Assembly: GCF_009914755.1 (NCBI RefSeq)
Contig: NC_060931.1
DNA from: the human T2T-CHM13v2.0 reference genome, Homo sapiens
DNA: 64,000 bases
Reading direction: 5' to 3' (one strand)
The translations under genes and the position numbers were made by a program. This document shows positions 29,062 to 49,015 of this stretch, piece after piece (within the stretch, counting starts at the first letter, position 1; each line of letters opens with the position of its first letter). The notes beneath the pieces are model-generated. The model saw only the letters and a program-made list of their open reading frames with translations, was not told the origin of the DNA and did no database searches.

Positions 29062-29559
29062 TAATCCCCCCAAAAGGAGAATTTATTGGAAAGCTTTTAG
29101 AAAGCTCACAAAATCAACCAGAAGACTGGAGAAAAGGCTCAAAAGCAGACATGGAATTACCTGGTTTCTGGAAATAATAAATTCTAGTTGTTCTTGCTTG
29201 CTTACACATGAATTACTTTCTTCAAGAGCCATAGTCCTAGGACAGTAAATCCAATTGACTAAGCTTAGACCATGGGCCTTCCCTTTGGATGTGCAGAATC
29301 ACTGACAGAAAAGATCTAATGAAAGAAATGTCCAAGATCCCTTCCTTCCATGATAGGAAAACAGGGACCCCTGGATCTACCTTTCTTCAATGACTGCCTA
29401 CAATAGAGGAGAGATAATTTCAAAAAAAAATCAATCAATTGATCAAGGCACTGTAGGATGCTGGGATACAAACAAACAAACAAAAATTCTTGCACAACTT
29501 CCTAGCCTGCCTCATAAGGCAAAAAAAAAAAAAAAAGAGAGAGAGAGAGAGAGAAAGAA

Positions 29560-31300
29560 AAAGGAAATAAGTGGTAAATATCTCAAGAGAATAAATTAAA
29601 CATTCATTATTTGAAGATAATATAATAGTCAAGTTGGAAATTGTAATAGAATAAACTGAAAATTATTAATATATTCATAATTAGTACAAGTACACTAAAG
29701 TGGCTGAATCCAAGATCAAACCAAAAAATCAATAAATTTCTTATATACCAGCATCACCAAGTAGAAAATGTAATGAGAAAAAAAAAATTTACAGAAACAG
29801 AAAAACCTAGGAAATACTCAGAAACAATCTTAACAAGAAATGCATACAACTCATCTAAATGAAAATATAAAAATTTGCTGAAGGATACCCTGAAGAAGGC
29901 CTAAGTAAATGAAATATACCATGTTTCTGAATGGGAAAACCCAACACTGTAAAGCTACCTGATAAATCTATAAATCCAATAAATCTCAATGAAGATGCAA
30001 GCATAATTATATTATGAAACTTACAAGCTTTTTACAAAGTTCATCTGGAAGAGAAAACATACAAGAATACATTTGAAAAAAACATTCATGCAGTATTTTC
30101 CATACCAGGCTTCAAAGCGAAAGCTTTAATATTTAAAATATGTAGTATAGACAACAGAGGACAAGAGAGATTCTAGAAATAGACACATATTCATAATTTC
30201 TGTTGTGAATCAAATGGCATTGGTAAAATTGGCTGACCATTTGGAAACAAAAATTAGATCCCTACAACCTATGTTCCACAAAAATAAATACACATAGATT
30301 AAAGAGCTAAATGTAAAGTCAAAACTATACAAGATAATTTTATATAATCTTGAAGTGGAAGGTTTTTATCAAACCCAGAGGCCATATATTGACCATTTGA
30401 CTATATTAAAATTTTTCACTTTTATATAATAAAAGGTACCTTTAAAAACGGGGGAAAGGGGCAACAGACTGTGAGAAAGCGTCTGTAAGAGCGCCTAAAA
30501 ATCAGTAAGCAAAAGACAAACCAATTTTAAAATAGGCAAAGGATAAAACAAGAATTTTACCAAAATGTTTCACACTACACATGTGAAAAGATGTTTAATA
30601 TTACTGTTGATTAAAATAATGCAAATAAAAGCAAGAATTGAATATTTTTACAGTTGGATTTGCAAATGTTAAATATTTGGTGTTGGTATAAAAATTTCAC
30701 AGAATAGTCTTTATGGAAATATAAATTGACTACAGCTTTTTGGCAGTCAATTTGGCAGTATCTGCTGAAATTTTAAATGCGTATGCTCTTTGACCCAGCA
30801 ATTCCATTTCTAAGCATCTACCCAACAGAAATACACTCTCAATTTTGATACAATACATGTACAAAGATTTTTATATCAGCATTGTCTGCAACGACCAAAA
30901 AAAGAAAATAATCTAAATGTCCATTAGTAGCAGAAAGAAAATTAAGCCTATGCTACGTAAAATGCAGCCATTTGAAAGAATTATGTGGATATATTTATAC
31001 TGATATGGAAAGTGTGCTATGATATATTAAGAGAAAAAGTGAACTTGAATGAACAGTATAATCCCATTTATGCAAAATCTAATCCTGTATTTTTGTTTAT
31101 GAAATAAGTGCATGTAAATGCATACGAAAAGGACTGGAAAGATGCACACCAAATTGTTCGTGCTGATTGCCTCTGGAGAAGAGCAGGATTGGGGAAAAGA
31201 GACTTTCGTTTCTTGCTCAACTGTTTTGTTTAACATTTTTACAACAAAAATATGCTAATGTCTATCTGTATGATCCTATTACAAATTTCAAAAAATAAAA
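29560..31300 (+). mobile_element. Old L1M (L1ME-like) ORF2 to 3' UTR
   Basis: ctttgacccagcaattccatttctaag; ggactggaaagatgcacaccaaa. Confidence 0.7.
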
Positions 31301-31319
31301 ATTATTCCAATGGCAGAGT

Positions 31320-32060
31320 AGGAAAAACTAAAGAGGAGTAAGATTAGAAACAGGGAGGACAATGAGAAGGATGCTGTCATTATGCAAACAGGAAAAGATG
31401 GGAGCCCAGGGTGGGAGTGGAACTGGGATAAAGAGGACATGGATTCAAGAGAGATAGGAAAGTGGAAATGGTGATTATTCAGGTGTGGGCATGAAGAGGG
31501 AGGAATGCTAAAAAATATGTAAGTAACAATTGATGGCGGGTACCATAAACTGAAAAGGAAAGTCTTGGAAGAGAAGCAGGTTTAGAGAAAAATATAATGA
31601 GTTCAGTTTTAGTCATATTTTGGGATGCTTTGGACAACTCAAGTGGAGATGTTTCTTAAACATTAGGTTGGAGGTATAGGCACAAATAATTAGTTTGCAA
31701 ATGGTGCCTGAAGCTACGGGTCTAAATGACATGCCCCACAAACTTCACAGAATGAGAAGAAATCCAAGCAGAATGCCCGAGAAACCACTAACATTTAAGG
31801 GTTAACCAAAGGAAGAGGAAATCATGAGAAACACTGAGAAGGCATGACCATGGAGGATGGAGAAAAATTGAGGAAACATGGTGTCACAGAAGTTAAATGA
31901 GGGGAGAATTTGAACAAGGAAGAAATGGTCAACAGGACTTATCACCAAGAGGAAAAGCAAGAACCAGAAAATGTAGAAGTCACTAGTAAGGGACAGGATC
32001 AGCTTCAGTGAAAGGGAGGAGCTGACATCAGACCACAGAAGCTTTCAAGGGGATGGCTGT
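31320..32060 (-). mobile_element. L2 fragments
   Basis: atgagttcagttttagtcatattt...ggacaactcaagtggagatg; ggtgtcacagaag. Confidence 0.6.
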
Positions 32061-32083
32061 GAAAAGCGCAACAACAGGATTCC

Positions 32084-32444
32084 TGCCTCAGTTTGTTATG
32101 GCTACTATAATAAAATACCTTAGATCGGTAGCTTATAAACAACATACATGTATTGCTCACAGTTCTGCAGGCTGGGAAGTCCAAGATCAAAGCACCAGGA
32201 TACTCAGTATCTGGTGAGGACCCACTCTCTGGTTCACAGATGGCCATCTTACGGCTGTGTCCTTACATGGTGCTTAAGGGGTCCCTCTCAAGCTTCTTTT
32301 ATAAAGGCACTAATTCCATGTATGAGATCTCCACCTTTGTCATCTAATCACTCCCCAAAGGCCCCACCTCCTAAAACCATCACCTTGGGGGTTAGGATTT
32401 CAACACATCAATTTCAAGGGGACATAAATATTGAAACCATAGTA
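32084..32444 (-). mobile_element. MLT1A0-like solo LTR
   Basis: ctcacagttctgcaggctgggaagtccaagatcaa...accatcaccttgggggttaggatttcaaca. Confidence 0.9.
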
Positions 32445-32911
32445 ATCACCAAGAAAAAGGAAAGGATGAGCTCCAATTCAATAAGAGAGTGGTACCATCT
32501 CTCCCATTAAGATAAAAAAGAAGAAAGAACAAGGGCAGATTGATGTGTATTTCTTGGTGAAGGAGAAGAATTTTTCCAGGGAGTTTTCACCTGATAGCCT
32601 CTATTTAATGCAAAATGAAGGCAAACCTCCAAGAGTTGTGAAGGAGGCAATAGAGAACAGAGTCGAAGATGGAAGGGAAATTTTTAAATAGCTGTGGAAG
32701 GCATTGGGCACATTGAAGAACTGCTAGACAACATACAGCATTAGCTGTCAAACATTTTTATTCTACATTAAGACATACATTTTATATTATGGCCCAGCAC
32801 ACACATACATATATGTGTAAATAACTAATTTTAAAAATTATGAAACAATACTTACACTTAATTTCTGAAATGAATATTTTCTACTCTATTTACTTTTTAA
32901 AAAATTCACTA

Positions 32912-35575
<2,664 letters not shown>

Positions 35576-36139
35576 AAAATTCACTAAATTTAGTTCATGA
35601 TCCATCAATAAGCTGTGATCCAATGTTCAAAAAACACTAGTATAGAGCACCTAACTTCAGTTGCATATAATTTTCTCAGTTTTCCTGATCCACTTACCTG
35701 ACATGGGACCAGAGATCTAAAGGAGGATGTAGCAGGAGGACAAGGGTTTATATATTCTAGGATAATGGCAAGAGAAATGTACAAAGATGGACATTGGCTG
35801 AATAAGAAAGAAGTCAAATGAGAACAAAGGGAGAGGCCCAGGAACTGTAGGTCTCAGTGTAACTGAAGAATAGGTGTTGCAGGTATTAGCAGGAAAAAAG
35901 GAGCTGAGAACTAGTTCTTAGATTTAAAGTGCCAGAGGCAGAGTGATTCTGGATGATGACAAGCCCAGGTATGACCCTGAGATTCTGGACGATTCATGGA
36001 AGTAGATGCAAGGACTGAGGAATCAGACAGAAACCATATAGTGTTTGTTGCAAAAGTCTAGATGTATTGTGAGTATTGCCTAGGTTAGTTGGTAGAGAAA
36101 ATTAAAAGCTCAAGATAAATATGAGAAATGTTTTAAATA

Positions 36140-36350
36140 AGCACCGTCCAAGAGAACTTCCTCCAATGATGAAAGTATTCTATATCTGCCCTATCCAATT
36201 CAGTAGCCACTAGACACATGAGCCTATTGAACATTTGAAATGTGGCTAGTGTGACAGAGAAACTTAAATTTTAATTGCATTTATTTCAATTAATTTAAAT
36301 TTAAATAGTCACATGTGGCTATTTAGTGGCTGTAATAGTAGGCAGTACAG
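36140..36350 (+). mobile_element. MER3
   Basis: gcaccgtccaagagaact...gtagccactagacacatg...gaaatgtggctagtgtgac. Confidence 0.82.
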
Positions 36351-37679
36351 TTCTAGATGAAGAATTATCAGGAAGACATAAAGTCAATTAAAAGTTCCAC
36401 AGTGGGATGGTTCTATAGCACTGGGGACCTGTTGGTACAATTTCTTTGATAGGAAAAAGCAATGTAACCTTTTTATTTTACTTAACAGAATTTTAATCAT
36501 GCAGAAATGTCCTTTAGAGATCCAGAATCCTTGGTTGGCAGAGAATATAAGATATTGGGGCAAGAGATGTCAAAATACAATTTATCTATGTAAGCTAGTA
36601 CATAAACCAATGAGTGCATGAATTCCCCAAGACAGTGAAGGTGACTGTAACCAATAGTGATTCATGTGACCACTATCACACACGTTGGGGGGCTTGTAGA
36701 TTAATAATGTGGTAGTGAAACTGAAGGATTTCATAGAGGGATATAAGCGGAAATTTTAAAATACTTCAACAACTTTCATAAAAATGTATTTGCATACTTA
36801 TAGCTCTTTCTGTTAAATTTTTCTACTTATTCCCATATGGTTTCTGTTTCTTCATTTAACTCTAGGAGACTCAGTTATCATTAAAAGCTATCACAGGTTT
36901 TGAAGCAAACATTATCACAGCCTGAACTGAGCCACAGCTCACCAAGCAACTGCTTCCCAAGTCTAGAGATCTCAAATACAATGAAACAACACACACGTTG
37001 TGTTCTCCAGGCAGGAACTCAAGCTATAGAGAGAATAAGTACACTTTGTAGAGTATACCTGTGGGGAAACTCAGGTGAACCCCTGAGCACCTAAAGCTTT
37101 ACCACTCTGTCCATATCATCAAATTTTATGGGACCTGTGGCGTCCTAAATTCCGGGTGGAAGGTGTTTGTCTTAGAGAGATACTCTTGATTTTACAGAAT
37201 TAGACAGCTAAGAGAGAAATCTCTTTCATTAAGTTCTCAACATTTGGCTTTAAGCACTATGCTTACTTTGTACATGTGCCCCTAGACTCTCCTTCCCCCA
37301 ATTTTTCCTGGCCCAAAGCCTATTTCCCTCATTTATGGTGTCCTAAAACACTCCCTGTAAAAAGCAGCCCCTTCCAGAAATGAAGCTTACTCAAATCTTA
37401 GGATTCTACCTTTCGTCATTAAGTTTCTTTCATAGCAGTGCTATTTGCATCCATGTAATTCACTTGCTCTGTCTCAGTTCCACTCTGTTGAGTGTATGAT
37501 CAGATGAGGAAAAACTATGCCAACCAGAGTAGAATTCACAAAAGGTCACTTACAAAATTTGTACTAATTTTCAGGCTGCTATGCTCTGACATTTACTAGG
37601 ACCATACAGTTTAACAACAACAACAACAAAAACTCACCCTAAGTCACAGAATCATAGAATTCACTTGCTATGAGATGCC

Positions 37680-37955
37680 ATGGCTTGTAATGGTATGAAC
37701 ATGGTTCACTGCAGCCTCAACCTCCTGGTTTCAAGTAATCCTCCTGCTTCAGCCTCCCAAGTAGCTGAAGCCACAGTGTGTGCCACCACCATACACCACC
37801 ACGCATGCCACCACGCCCAGCTAATTTTTTAATTTTATAGAAATAGGGTTTCACCATGTTGCCCAGGCTGGTCTCTAACTCCTGGACTCAAGCAATCCTC
37901 CCACTTTGGCCTCTCAGAGTTCTGGAATTACAAGTGTGAGCCACTGTGCCCAGCC
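37680..37955 (-). mobile_element. AluJ lacking the tail end, with a short internal ccacca repeat
   Basis: tcactgcagcctcaacctcc...gtgagccactgtgcccagcc. Confidence 0.85.
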
Positions 37956-37956
37956 T

Positions 37957-38520
37957 ACAATCAGCTTTTCAAGTTCCACCAAAAATGAAACAAAAAAAAA
38001 ACCCTGTTGAAAATTTTTATTAAAATTCCAATGAAGCTATAAATCACTGTGGAAAGAATCAATGTCTCATGATAGTGAGTCTTCTAATGTATCAACATGG
38101 TATATCTCTCCACTCATTTAGATCTTCTTTAATGTCTTTCTATAAAGTTTTATAATTTATTTCAAAGGGGTCATATACATCTTTTGGTAGATTTATTCCT
38201 AAGTACCATATTTTTTGTTGCTATTGTAAATGAGATTTTCTTTCTTCTGTTGCACTTTCTATTTGTTGATGGCAAAAAAGTTTATACAACAATATGATAT
38301 CCAACCATCCTCTCATTAATTCCATAAGAAGCCTATAGATTCTTTGAACTTTCTTGGTAGACAGTCATATTATCTGCAATGACCAATTTGTGACTCATTT
38401 ATTTCTTGCCTTACTGAAAATCCGATAAAATGTTGATGAAAACTGACAATGGTGGAAGTTTTTTGCCTTTTCCTGTTCTTAAAAGAATGCTTCTAAAATT
38501 TCACCAAGAATAATATTCTA
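37957..38520 (-). mobile_element. Old L1M ORF2 fragment (continues after 40653)
   Basis: ggtatatctctccactcatttagatcttc; agatttattcctaagta. Confidence 0.7.
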
Positions 38521-38542
38521 TAATTCACTAAGAATAATGTTC

Positions 38543-40640
<2,098 letters not shown>

Positions 40641-41269
40641 AAGAATAATGTTCACTGTAGGTTTGATTTGGTTTGGTTTAGATACGCTTTACCTGGTTAA
40701 GGAATTGTCCTTCAATATTTAGCTTCATGCAAATTTTTAAAATTATGAATGAGTTTTGAATCTGTCATATGTTTTCTGCTGACTTCTCTTGCAAGCTTGG
40801 AGCTCAGTTTTCCCAGGTGGTCAAAATCAGTTACCACTCATCCAACGGCTTTCCACCTTCCTACTTTTGACTGCTATTGTCTCCTCACTTTTCTTATAGG
40901 TTTATATCTTTTAAAAAACATCCATTGGTTGTCATTTTTATAATTTGGGGGAGGGAGTGAAGTGAATGCATACATTCAATCCATAATCTTTAACTGGCCA
41001 TTTTCCATCCTTAAAATTTTTCCTTCATATTTAAGTTAAATTCTAAAGTGTCACTCCTAGGCAACCCCCCCAACTTGCATGCTATTTTTACCCTTTGCAA
41101 TTTATGTTACTGTTGTCTATCATTTAACTTTAATTTTTTAATCCCCACGGAAGACATTATTGTTTTAGATAGATAAGATTTGTTAGATTACCAACTTTTT
41201 TTGCCCACCGGACCTTCTTCTATTTCAGACCTTACTCCCGGAGGCATTTTTCTTATTCCTTCAGAATTG

Positions 41270-42060
41270 TAGTCTCAAGGTGTAGTTTATGGACCTGTAG
41301 GGACCCTGAGACCCTTTCTGGGGCCCACAAGGTCAAAACTACTTTCATAATAATACCAAGATGTTATTAGTCTTTTTCTCTGTGTTGACATGTACACTGG
41401 TGGTGCAGAAGCAATGGTGGGTTCAAACATCTGGTGACTTAGCATGAATCAAGACAGTGGCACCAAACGATGCTGGTAACCTTGCATTCTTCACTGCCGC
41501 ACACTCACAGTAAATTTCTAAAATGTCAGTTATGCTTAACAATGTGCTTGGTGAAGCAGAAAAAATATATATTAATTTTATTAAATCTTGACCTTTAAGC
41601 AATGTCTTTTTAATATTCTCTGTGACAAAATGGGAACTACAAAAGGCACTTCTTCTGAATACTGAAGTATGATCGTTTTCTCAAGGAAAAACACTTTTGT
41701 GATTGAGTTGCAAGCTGACGTAACCGATTTTTTCATGGAACACTATCTTTACTTAAAAGGATGACCGACAGATGAACTATGGCTATTCAGACTTGGATAA
41801 TTGGCAGACATTTTCCCAAAATGGAACGAAGTGAGCCTGTAACTTCAAGGAAAACAACCAACAGAACTTGTTGCCAATGATAAAATTCAAGTTTTTAAGC
41901 AAAAATTAGAATTTTAGAAAATTTGTATTTGCCACCATGGGTCTGACAGCTTCCCAATACTTGGACTTTTCTAATGAGATCAGTGGTGATGTTAATGAAC
42001 GTAATTTTGGCGTAAATGTTTGGAAGATCTACCTGATTCAATGAATCAATATTTTCAAAA
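41270..42060. mobile_element. Charlie1a/b hAT DNA transposon fragment
   Basis: ccctgagaccctttc...ggtcaaaactactttcataataat; gaactatggctattcagacttgg...gcagacattttc. Confidence 0.8.
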
Positions 42061-43977
42061 CAGAAAAGTATAATAGTTAAAAATTTTTTAATTAATGGGT
42101 TAAACAGTAAACAGTTGAAGAGAGAATTATTGATATATGGATTTTTTTAAAAGTACTCATAATACAGCAGAGAAAACAAGGAGATGGAAAAAGTGAAAGA
42201 CAATTTAGTACAAACAAGCCTGTTTCTATTTTGCAAATTCTGTGTGGTTTCTTTTATAGATTCCTGCTTATTTTGGGTAGTTCCTTATTGCTTTACATTT
42301 CTGTGAGATACCTGGGTATACATAATTGTTTGATATTCTACATCTTGATCATTCCAAAATCAGAATTCATGAGGACTCTAAATCCTTCGTTTATTGTTTC
42401 TGCTGACTCTCCCCATGGTGAGACAGAGGCTTTTTCTTCTGTCATGTTGGTGATCTTCGATGGTGAGCCCATGTTTGGTAGATCTTCATCTATGGAATCC
42501 TGAGGGGCTAATTGAGGTTGACTTCCTCCAGAGCAGCTTTATCCTTGCTTCCACTGGGGGCCAGGGGGCGCCAGACCTCAGCTGCCTTATTTCCTTCCAG
42601 GTTCCATTCACTGGCCTTGGGTTGAGCCCAAAGCTTAGTGTCCTGATTGCATTTGCTTACTGCTCACTGCATCTCCTTTTCAGATTTCAACAAAGTATTC
42701 TCTCTCTCTCTCTCTCTTTTTTTTAACACCCTTGGATATTTCTCTCATTTCCTACAAACCTAGCACTGCATTTGAAATTACAATGTTACTCAAGCAGATA
42801 TAATGTAATCAAAATACAACTTTATTTTTTCTTCCCACTGTTCCATTAGGCTTTATTTAGCAGGAGTAAAGTTTCCCTGAGCCTGGATGAAAAACAATCT
42901 TGATTCAGAAATTAGATTGTCCAATTCTGTATAACAATTATAACTCTGGGCTTGACTTACAGTAAAACTCCTCCTCCCCCAGCTTGGTTCTGCTTCAGGC
43001 TGAAAGCCTACAATGAGAAAGAGTGGCTGATTAGTTTCTTCCTTTATTTACTGCCTTGTGCTTCCCTTCTCCCCCTTCCCCTTCCCTCTCCCAGCTGTTT
43101 TCATGTCCTCAAAGTCAAAGCAGGAAGATGGTAGACAGGAAAATGATAAAATGTTCTGTGAACTGATATCTTCATGCCCTGAGGGTCATGAGCTCTTCAA
43201 AGGTTCCTATCACTGTACTCCTTTCTCCTGCAACATCTAGCCCCAGGTAGGTGCATTTCTAGCCTGAATGATCCTGCATGATTCCTCTCTTCATTTTTGT
43301 ACATCAGCGTTACGTAACCAGCTTCTATCTTCAGAAATCACTTTCTTCCAGGTGGCAGGCTCTAAGAGAACCCATGCTGGCTCTCAGCACCCACATGTAG
43401 TCCCTTTGAAACAATGAGACAGGCTTTGCTAAAAAACAAAACACAAGAAACCCTAGGCCAACCCCTTCCCATGTTTGCCAAGAGAGTGGTTAGTCAGCTC
43501 TTTTCTTGCCCTCTAGATTTCCAACATCAGAGTCAAGCCCCAGCCCACATATCAAAGGTCTCCAGGTACCATGGTAGTCCTCCTCAGTAGACCTCAGATG
43601 AAGAAGAAAGTATCTCCCTCTGTGTCGGGGGAGGAAGTGGGACTTTACTGTTTTCTCCAAAGATGCTTCCTCACTAAATGCTTTTCCTCTCTCCTTGCGC
43701 TAACCGCATTTCATATTATTGGTCTACCACGTCATGGAGTGCGTTCTCCAAATATTCACATTCTCTTTGGTATCTATTATATTGGTGTTTCAGTCAACCT
43801 CAAGGGGAAGGATTTCAGTCCAACATCCTGTTACTCAACATAAATATGTTTTATCCTTGCTCTAGCTGTGTATTTAGTTCAACATACTGGAGGAAGCAGA
43901 ATACTGTTCTAATAAACTTGATGTGAAATAACTCACTTACGTTTCATAAATATATGACAAACTGATTTAAAAATAAG

Positions 43978-44313
<336 letters not shown>

Positions 44314-47300
44314 TCATAAATCAATGTCATGTCCAGAAAATAATGATCAAGAATACTATAGAGAAGGGCCTGGTTTCTTCACTACACATTGTGCTTCATA
44401 TACTATGTTACATGAGTATGTCTGAGCCCACTTTTACCTCATTTGGATGCACATGAGGCCATTTATTCCTCCAGATACACATTGTATAGTTATTTTCTGC
44501 TCTAGTAAATTAATAGCTTAATTAGCACCTTAATTTGATTTTAAAGGCTGAAAAATATAGGTAATAGTGTATTCTTTTTAGAGAAAAATTCTAAATAATC
44601 ACACTTTGTGTCTAGTTATTAAACATGCAAACTGTAGTTTTTATACAAAAATAGAAAAAACCAATACCTACTAAAAGCTATTTTGGGCAATTAGGAGGAA
44701 TTCTCTTGTTTACATTAGAGGAGAAATAGTACAAAAGTAACTGAACACATGCCAGAATAATTAGCAGGCTCTTGGCTCATTTAAATTATGCGCACATTGC
44801 CATTTTAATGCATTTTTTAAATACCCACTTGCAATTCTATTTTATTTTTGGAAGAAAATTAGTAGCTTTCTACTAGGTATGATTAGTAAAACCAGATTTG
44901 TTTCCTGTTTTCCTGGAAAACATAAAACTTCCTGGCTTTATAGACCCATTTTTAATAATAATTAAAAACATAAAATAATAATAATCATACTTTGGATTTA
45001 TACAACACTTGTGCATGAAAACTGGAGGCACTCTTTTTTGTAAGATAATTTCTCTGTAGGAATATTATGCTGTTTCTTCATGCTCACTATATAATATGTT
45101 GATCCTAAGGACCATCTAATATTAATGATAAAAGGATTAAGACTGCAATTTTCTGTTTTTAGGAAAATACCCGAGTGACCTCCTCAAAACAAATTCAGGG
45201 CATGAATTTTACACATTTTCTTCTCAATTTAAGGTCTCTGATGATTAGTTACAAAGTAATGATTAGCAAGAAGTGCACCAATTAGCATGTTTTGTATCCT
45301 AAGAAATAAAAACAAGAGAGCAAAGACAGAAGATAGGAATTTCTCTTTTCGAAGGCATAAATGCAGAGAATTTAGTCAAAAGGATAGCAGACACACTGAT
45401 CTAAAAGCCATAATCTAGACTAATAAAATTCTTATCATTAAAATGTTACAACATACACAGCTCAGCTAAGTAGCATACATGCCTCACTCAGACTTCAGAA
45501 TATGCGGAAAACATACACACGACCTGTCCACAGTTATCCTGTGCCCAATCTGCTCTAGGCACCAATCAGGTGCCATGTGAGGATGCAAAAGTAACTGTGA
45601 CAAGGCATGAGCCCTTCAGAAGCTTCCAGTCTACTAAGAAAGATGACTGGTGTATACATGGCTATTATATCAAGGTAACTTCAGAAAATCTCTAAGAGAG
45701 AATCAAAGTGCTGAGGAAATTCACAGAAGGGAGCTACTATTTTGCAAGGAGGGACCGGGGAAGTCAAACATTGCCCTCAACCAAATGGCCACACAAAGCC
45801 ATAGGAAGGGCCCTTTAAGGCTAACGTGAACATTTGTCACACTCAATCATTGGGCAGGGACACAGTCCCACTTCATTCATACAAACTCTGCTTGCAGAAA
45901 CTATACAAAAATAAAATTATAAGGGTATGTCTATCATGGAAATGTCTACAAGCAAAAGATGGTGAGGCAAGTTCAGAAAATATGATAAAGTTATCCAAAA
46001 AGACAAAAGCAGAGACCCTGGTGGAGTCATTAACATCACACAGGATATTTTATTTGGGGTTCTTTAGCTCTAGATTCACATCTTAAGTAGGATATTTAGA
46101 AGGTGTGATCTGGTCCCACCTAATCTGGACACATAGTGTTAGGGAGCTGCCATCTAATGAAGGAGTCTGCATGTCATATAATATTTCTGTGCTCTCTCTA
46201 AGACTGAGAATGAGGAACGACTAGCACATTAAGTTGAGACCAAGTGAAAGGAGGAAACTTCACTGTTAGCTCAAGAACACCGAGGTTTTCTGCCTTCATT
46301 CCCCTCTTTGCTTTGAAAGGAAAATGCTAACTATAATAGTATCTTCTTTACTTTTGGAGGCTTATTCCTGTTTGGTGATCTACAATCAAGCTACAATTAT
46401 GGAGAATAGATACATCACTCAGGTTCTTGAAATTATGCGTTCATAGTTTTCAAGATATGTGTGCAATAATATTCATACTATTTTATCATATTTTTGACAA
46501 CAAAATAACATGTATAAAATATTCTCTTTAAAACTAATAATTTTTGCAAAAATATAAAGATATGATTATATACAGTATTTTAAAACAGCTCTTCCAGCAC
46601 ATGTAGCTTCTAGTTTGTGAGCTGATTTAATTTGACCTGTGAAAATTAATCAACATTCTAATCTTTGATCCATGCATGTAATTCCATTGATTTCAGTGGA
46701 ATCTATCTTCAAGGGCTAAGGGTAGAATTGCTCTATAATTATCTTTACCAATACAGTTGCTATATTTATTACAAAAGCCACTCCACTTTCCACACTGGCT
46801 TTTTGAAACTCAGAGTACATACATTGTATTCTATCGGATTTGTTTCTCCCATATGCAGAATGTAAAATCCATCATGAAATCTGTAATATAAAATAACCAG
46901 AAAAAGAATTTGTCTGAATTGATGACAGTGAATGCTCCTGAATATTTCAGAGGAAGATACAAGTTTATGTTTACTTCTTTATTATGTAACCTGGGATGGA
47001 GTCAAAGGCATCGGATTGTTCCCTCTACCAGTCTGTTATTACCATTCAGCATTAATATTGATATGCATTAATATATGTAAACCTTATGTTTTTGTCTTAT
47101 CCTTCAAGATAATATCTTTAAGCTTTTACAATCTCTTCCTGATCCCTTTCCAAAATTCATTCTATCACATGCCTCAGCAATACCTTCTAGCCATAGTCCA
47201 ACAATATGACATGGAACTTAGATGCTTAACCACTGAAAAGGGCGCTTCCCTCTTTCAAAACCAGAAGAATTGGGTACTGAAACAACCAGTACCAAGAAAA

Positions 47301-47530
47301 TTAAACCAGTTCACAGAGCTTTCTCATGAGACATCAGTTAAAATACTCAAGCCCATAGCAAAACAAATTGAGTAGGATGTCATAGATTCAAAATGTCACA
47401 GAATCTTTTTCATTAGTTTTCTTCAGAAAGGAACTACAAAGTTACAGGTACACATGAAAAAGGGCCCAGGACTATGCCCAGGGTAATCAGGAACATTTTG
47501 GATTTCTTTCTGCTGTCAAAACCTGCCATT

Positions 47531-47800
47531 AGCACTTTGGGAGGCCAAGGCAGGCAGATCACAAGGTCAGGAGTTCGAGACCAGCTTGGCCAATATGGTG
47601 ACACTCCGTCTCTACTAAAAATACAAAAATTAGCCAGGCATGGTGGCGTGCACCTGTAGTCCCAGCTACTCGGGAGGCTGAGGCAGAGAATTGCTTGAAG
47701 CTGGGGGGCAGAGGTTGCAATAAGCCGAGATCGTGCCACTGCACTCCAGCCTGGGTGACAGAGTGGGACTCCATTAAAAAAAAAAAACAAAAAAACAAAA
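47531..47800 (+). mobile_element. 5'-truncated AluSg-like element
   Basis: TSD aaaacctgccat at 47518-47529 and 47801-47812. Confidence 0.92.
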
Positions 47801-48572
47801 AAAACCTGCCATCAGGCACAGTTTATCTGCAAAGTACATAGCTACATTGGAACCAACTAACAGTCTTACTAAACTAGTGTCATCATCAATACAGTCTTCA
47901 GGACCCAAAAGATATTAAAATCGGCACATATCACCTAATTTTTTCTATTAAAAATATCTATTTCTTCTAAAAAGATTAGCTCAAAATTGATTATGGACTT
48001 CCATGTAAACATAAAACTATAAAACTTTAGAAACACGAACATTGAAGAAAAACTTCAGGTCTAGCGCTAGGCAAAAAGTTCTCAGACTTGACACAAAAAA
48101 AGCATGATATATATAAGGAAAATGTGATAAATTGAACTTTATCCAGTTAAGAACTTTTGCTTTCAAAAGATAATGTGAAGAGGATTAAAAGTAGGCTACA
48201 GTCTGGGAGAAAATATTCGCAAATCACATACCTGACAAAAGGCTAGTATTTAAAATTGTAAAGAATTCTCCAAATTCTGTTTTTTAAAAATCTGTTAGAA
48301 AATGGGCAAAACCCATGAATGGATATTTCAATGAAAAGGACACACAGTGGTAAATAAGAGCATGAAAAAATGTTTGATGTTATTAGCCATCAGGAAAATG
48401 CAAATAAGAGCCAACCACAATGTGATATCACTACACACCTAATCAGAATGGCTACAGTGAAAAATGGTGGCAACATCAAATAATGCTAGTGAAAATGCAG
48501 GAAAAAAAATCACTCGTACATTGCTGGTGGAAATGTAGAATGGTTTGGTTACTCTGGAAAACAGTTTGGCAG

Positions 48573-49015
48573 TGTGGGAGGCTGAATCGTTCCCCCGCAA
48601 AGATGTCCATGTCCTAATCTCCTATACCTTTGAAAATGTTTCCTTATATGGCCAAAGAGACTTTGTAGATGTAATTAAGTTAAAATCTTGAGATGACAGG
48701 ATTCTTCTGAATTATCTAGGTAGATATATAGGTGCAATATAATCACAAGAGTCCTTCTAAGAGGAAGGCAGGAGGTCAGAGAGAGGAGGAGACGCTACAA
48801 ACCTGGCTTTACACATGGAGAAAGGAACCACAAACAGCCTCTAGAAGCTAAAGGAGGCAAGGAATAGATTCTCCCCTGGAGCCTCCAGAAGAAAAATTAG
48901 CCCCTGCTGACACTGTAAGGCTCATTGCAGACTTCTGACCTCTAGACCTTCAAGAGAACAAATTTGTGTTTTCTTTAAGCCATCAAGTTTGCAGCAACAA
49001 TGGGAAACTAATACA
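48573..49015 (+). mobile_element. MLT1D solo LTR
   Basis: tgtgggaggctgaat...ggaaactaataca; perfect TSD ggcag. Confidence 0.92.

Noticed and set aside
42810-43930. Possible ancient LTR-like segment
   Set aside because: Family and termini could not be assigned from the sequence alone.
46932-47375. 147-aa ORF in non-repetitive sequence
   Set aside because: No recognisable domain, AT-rich codon use and no convincing splice or promoter context; likely a chance ORF.
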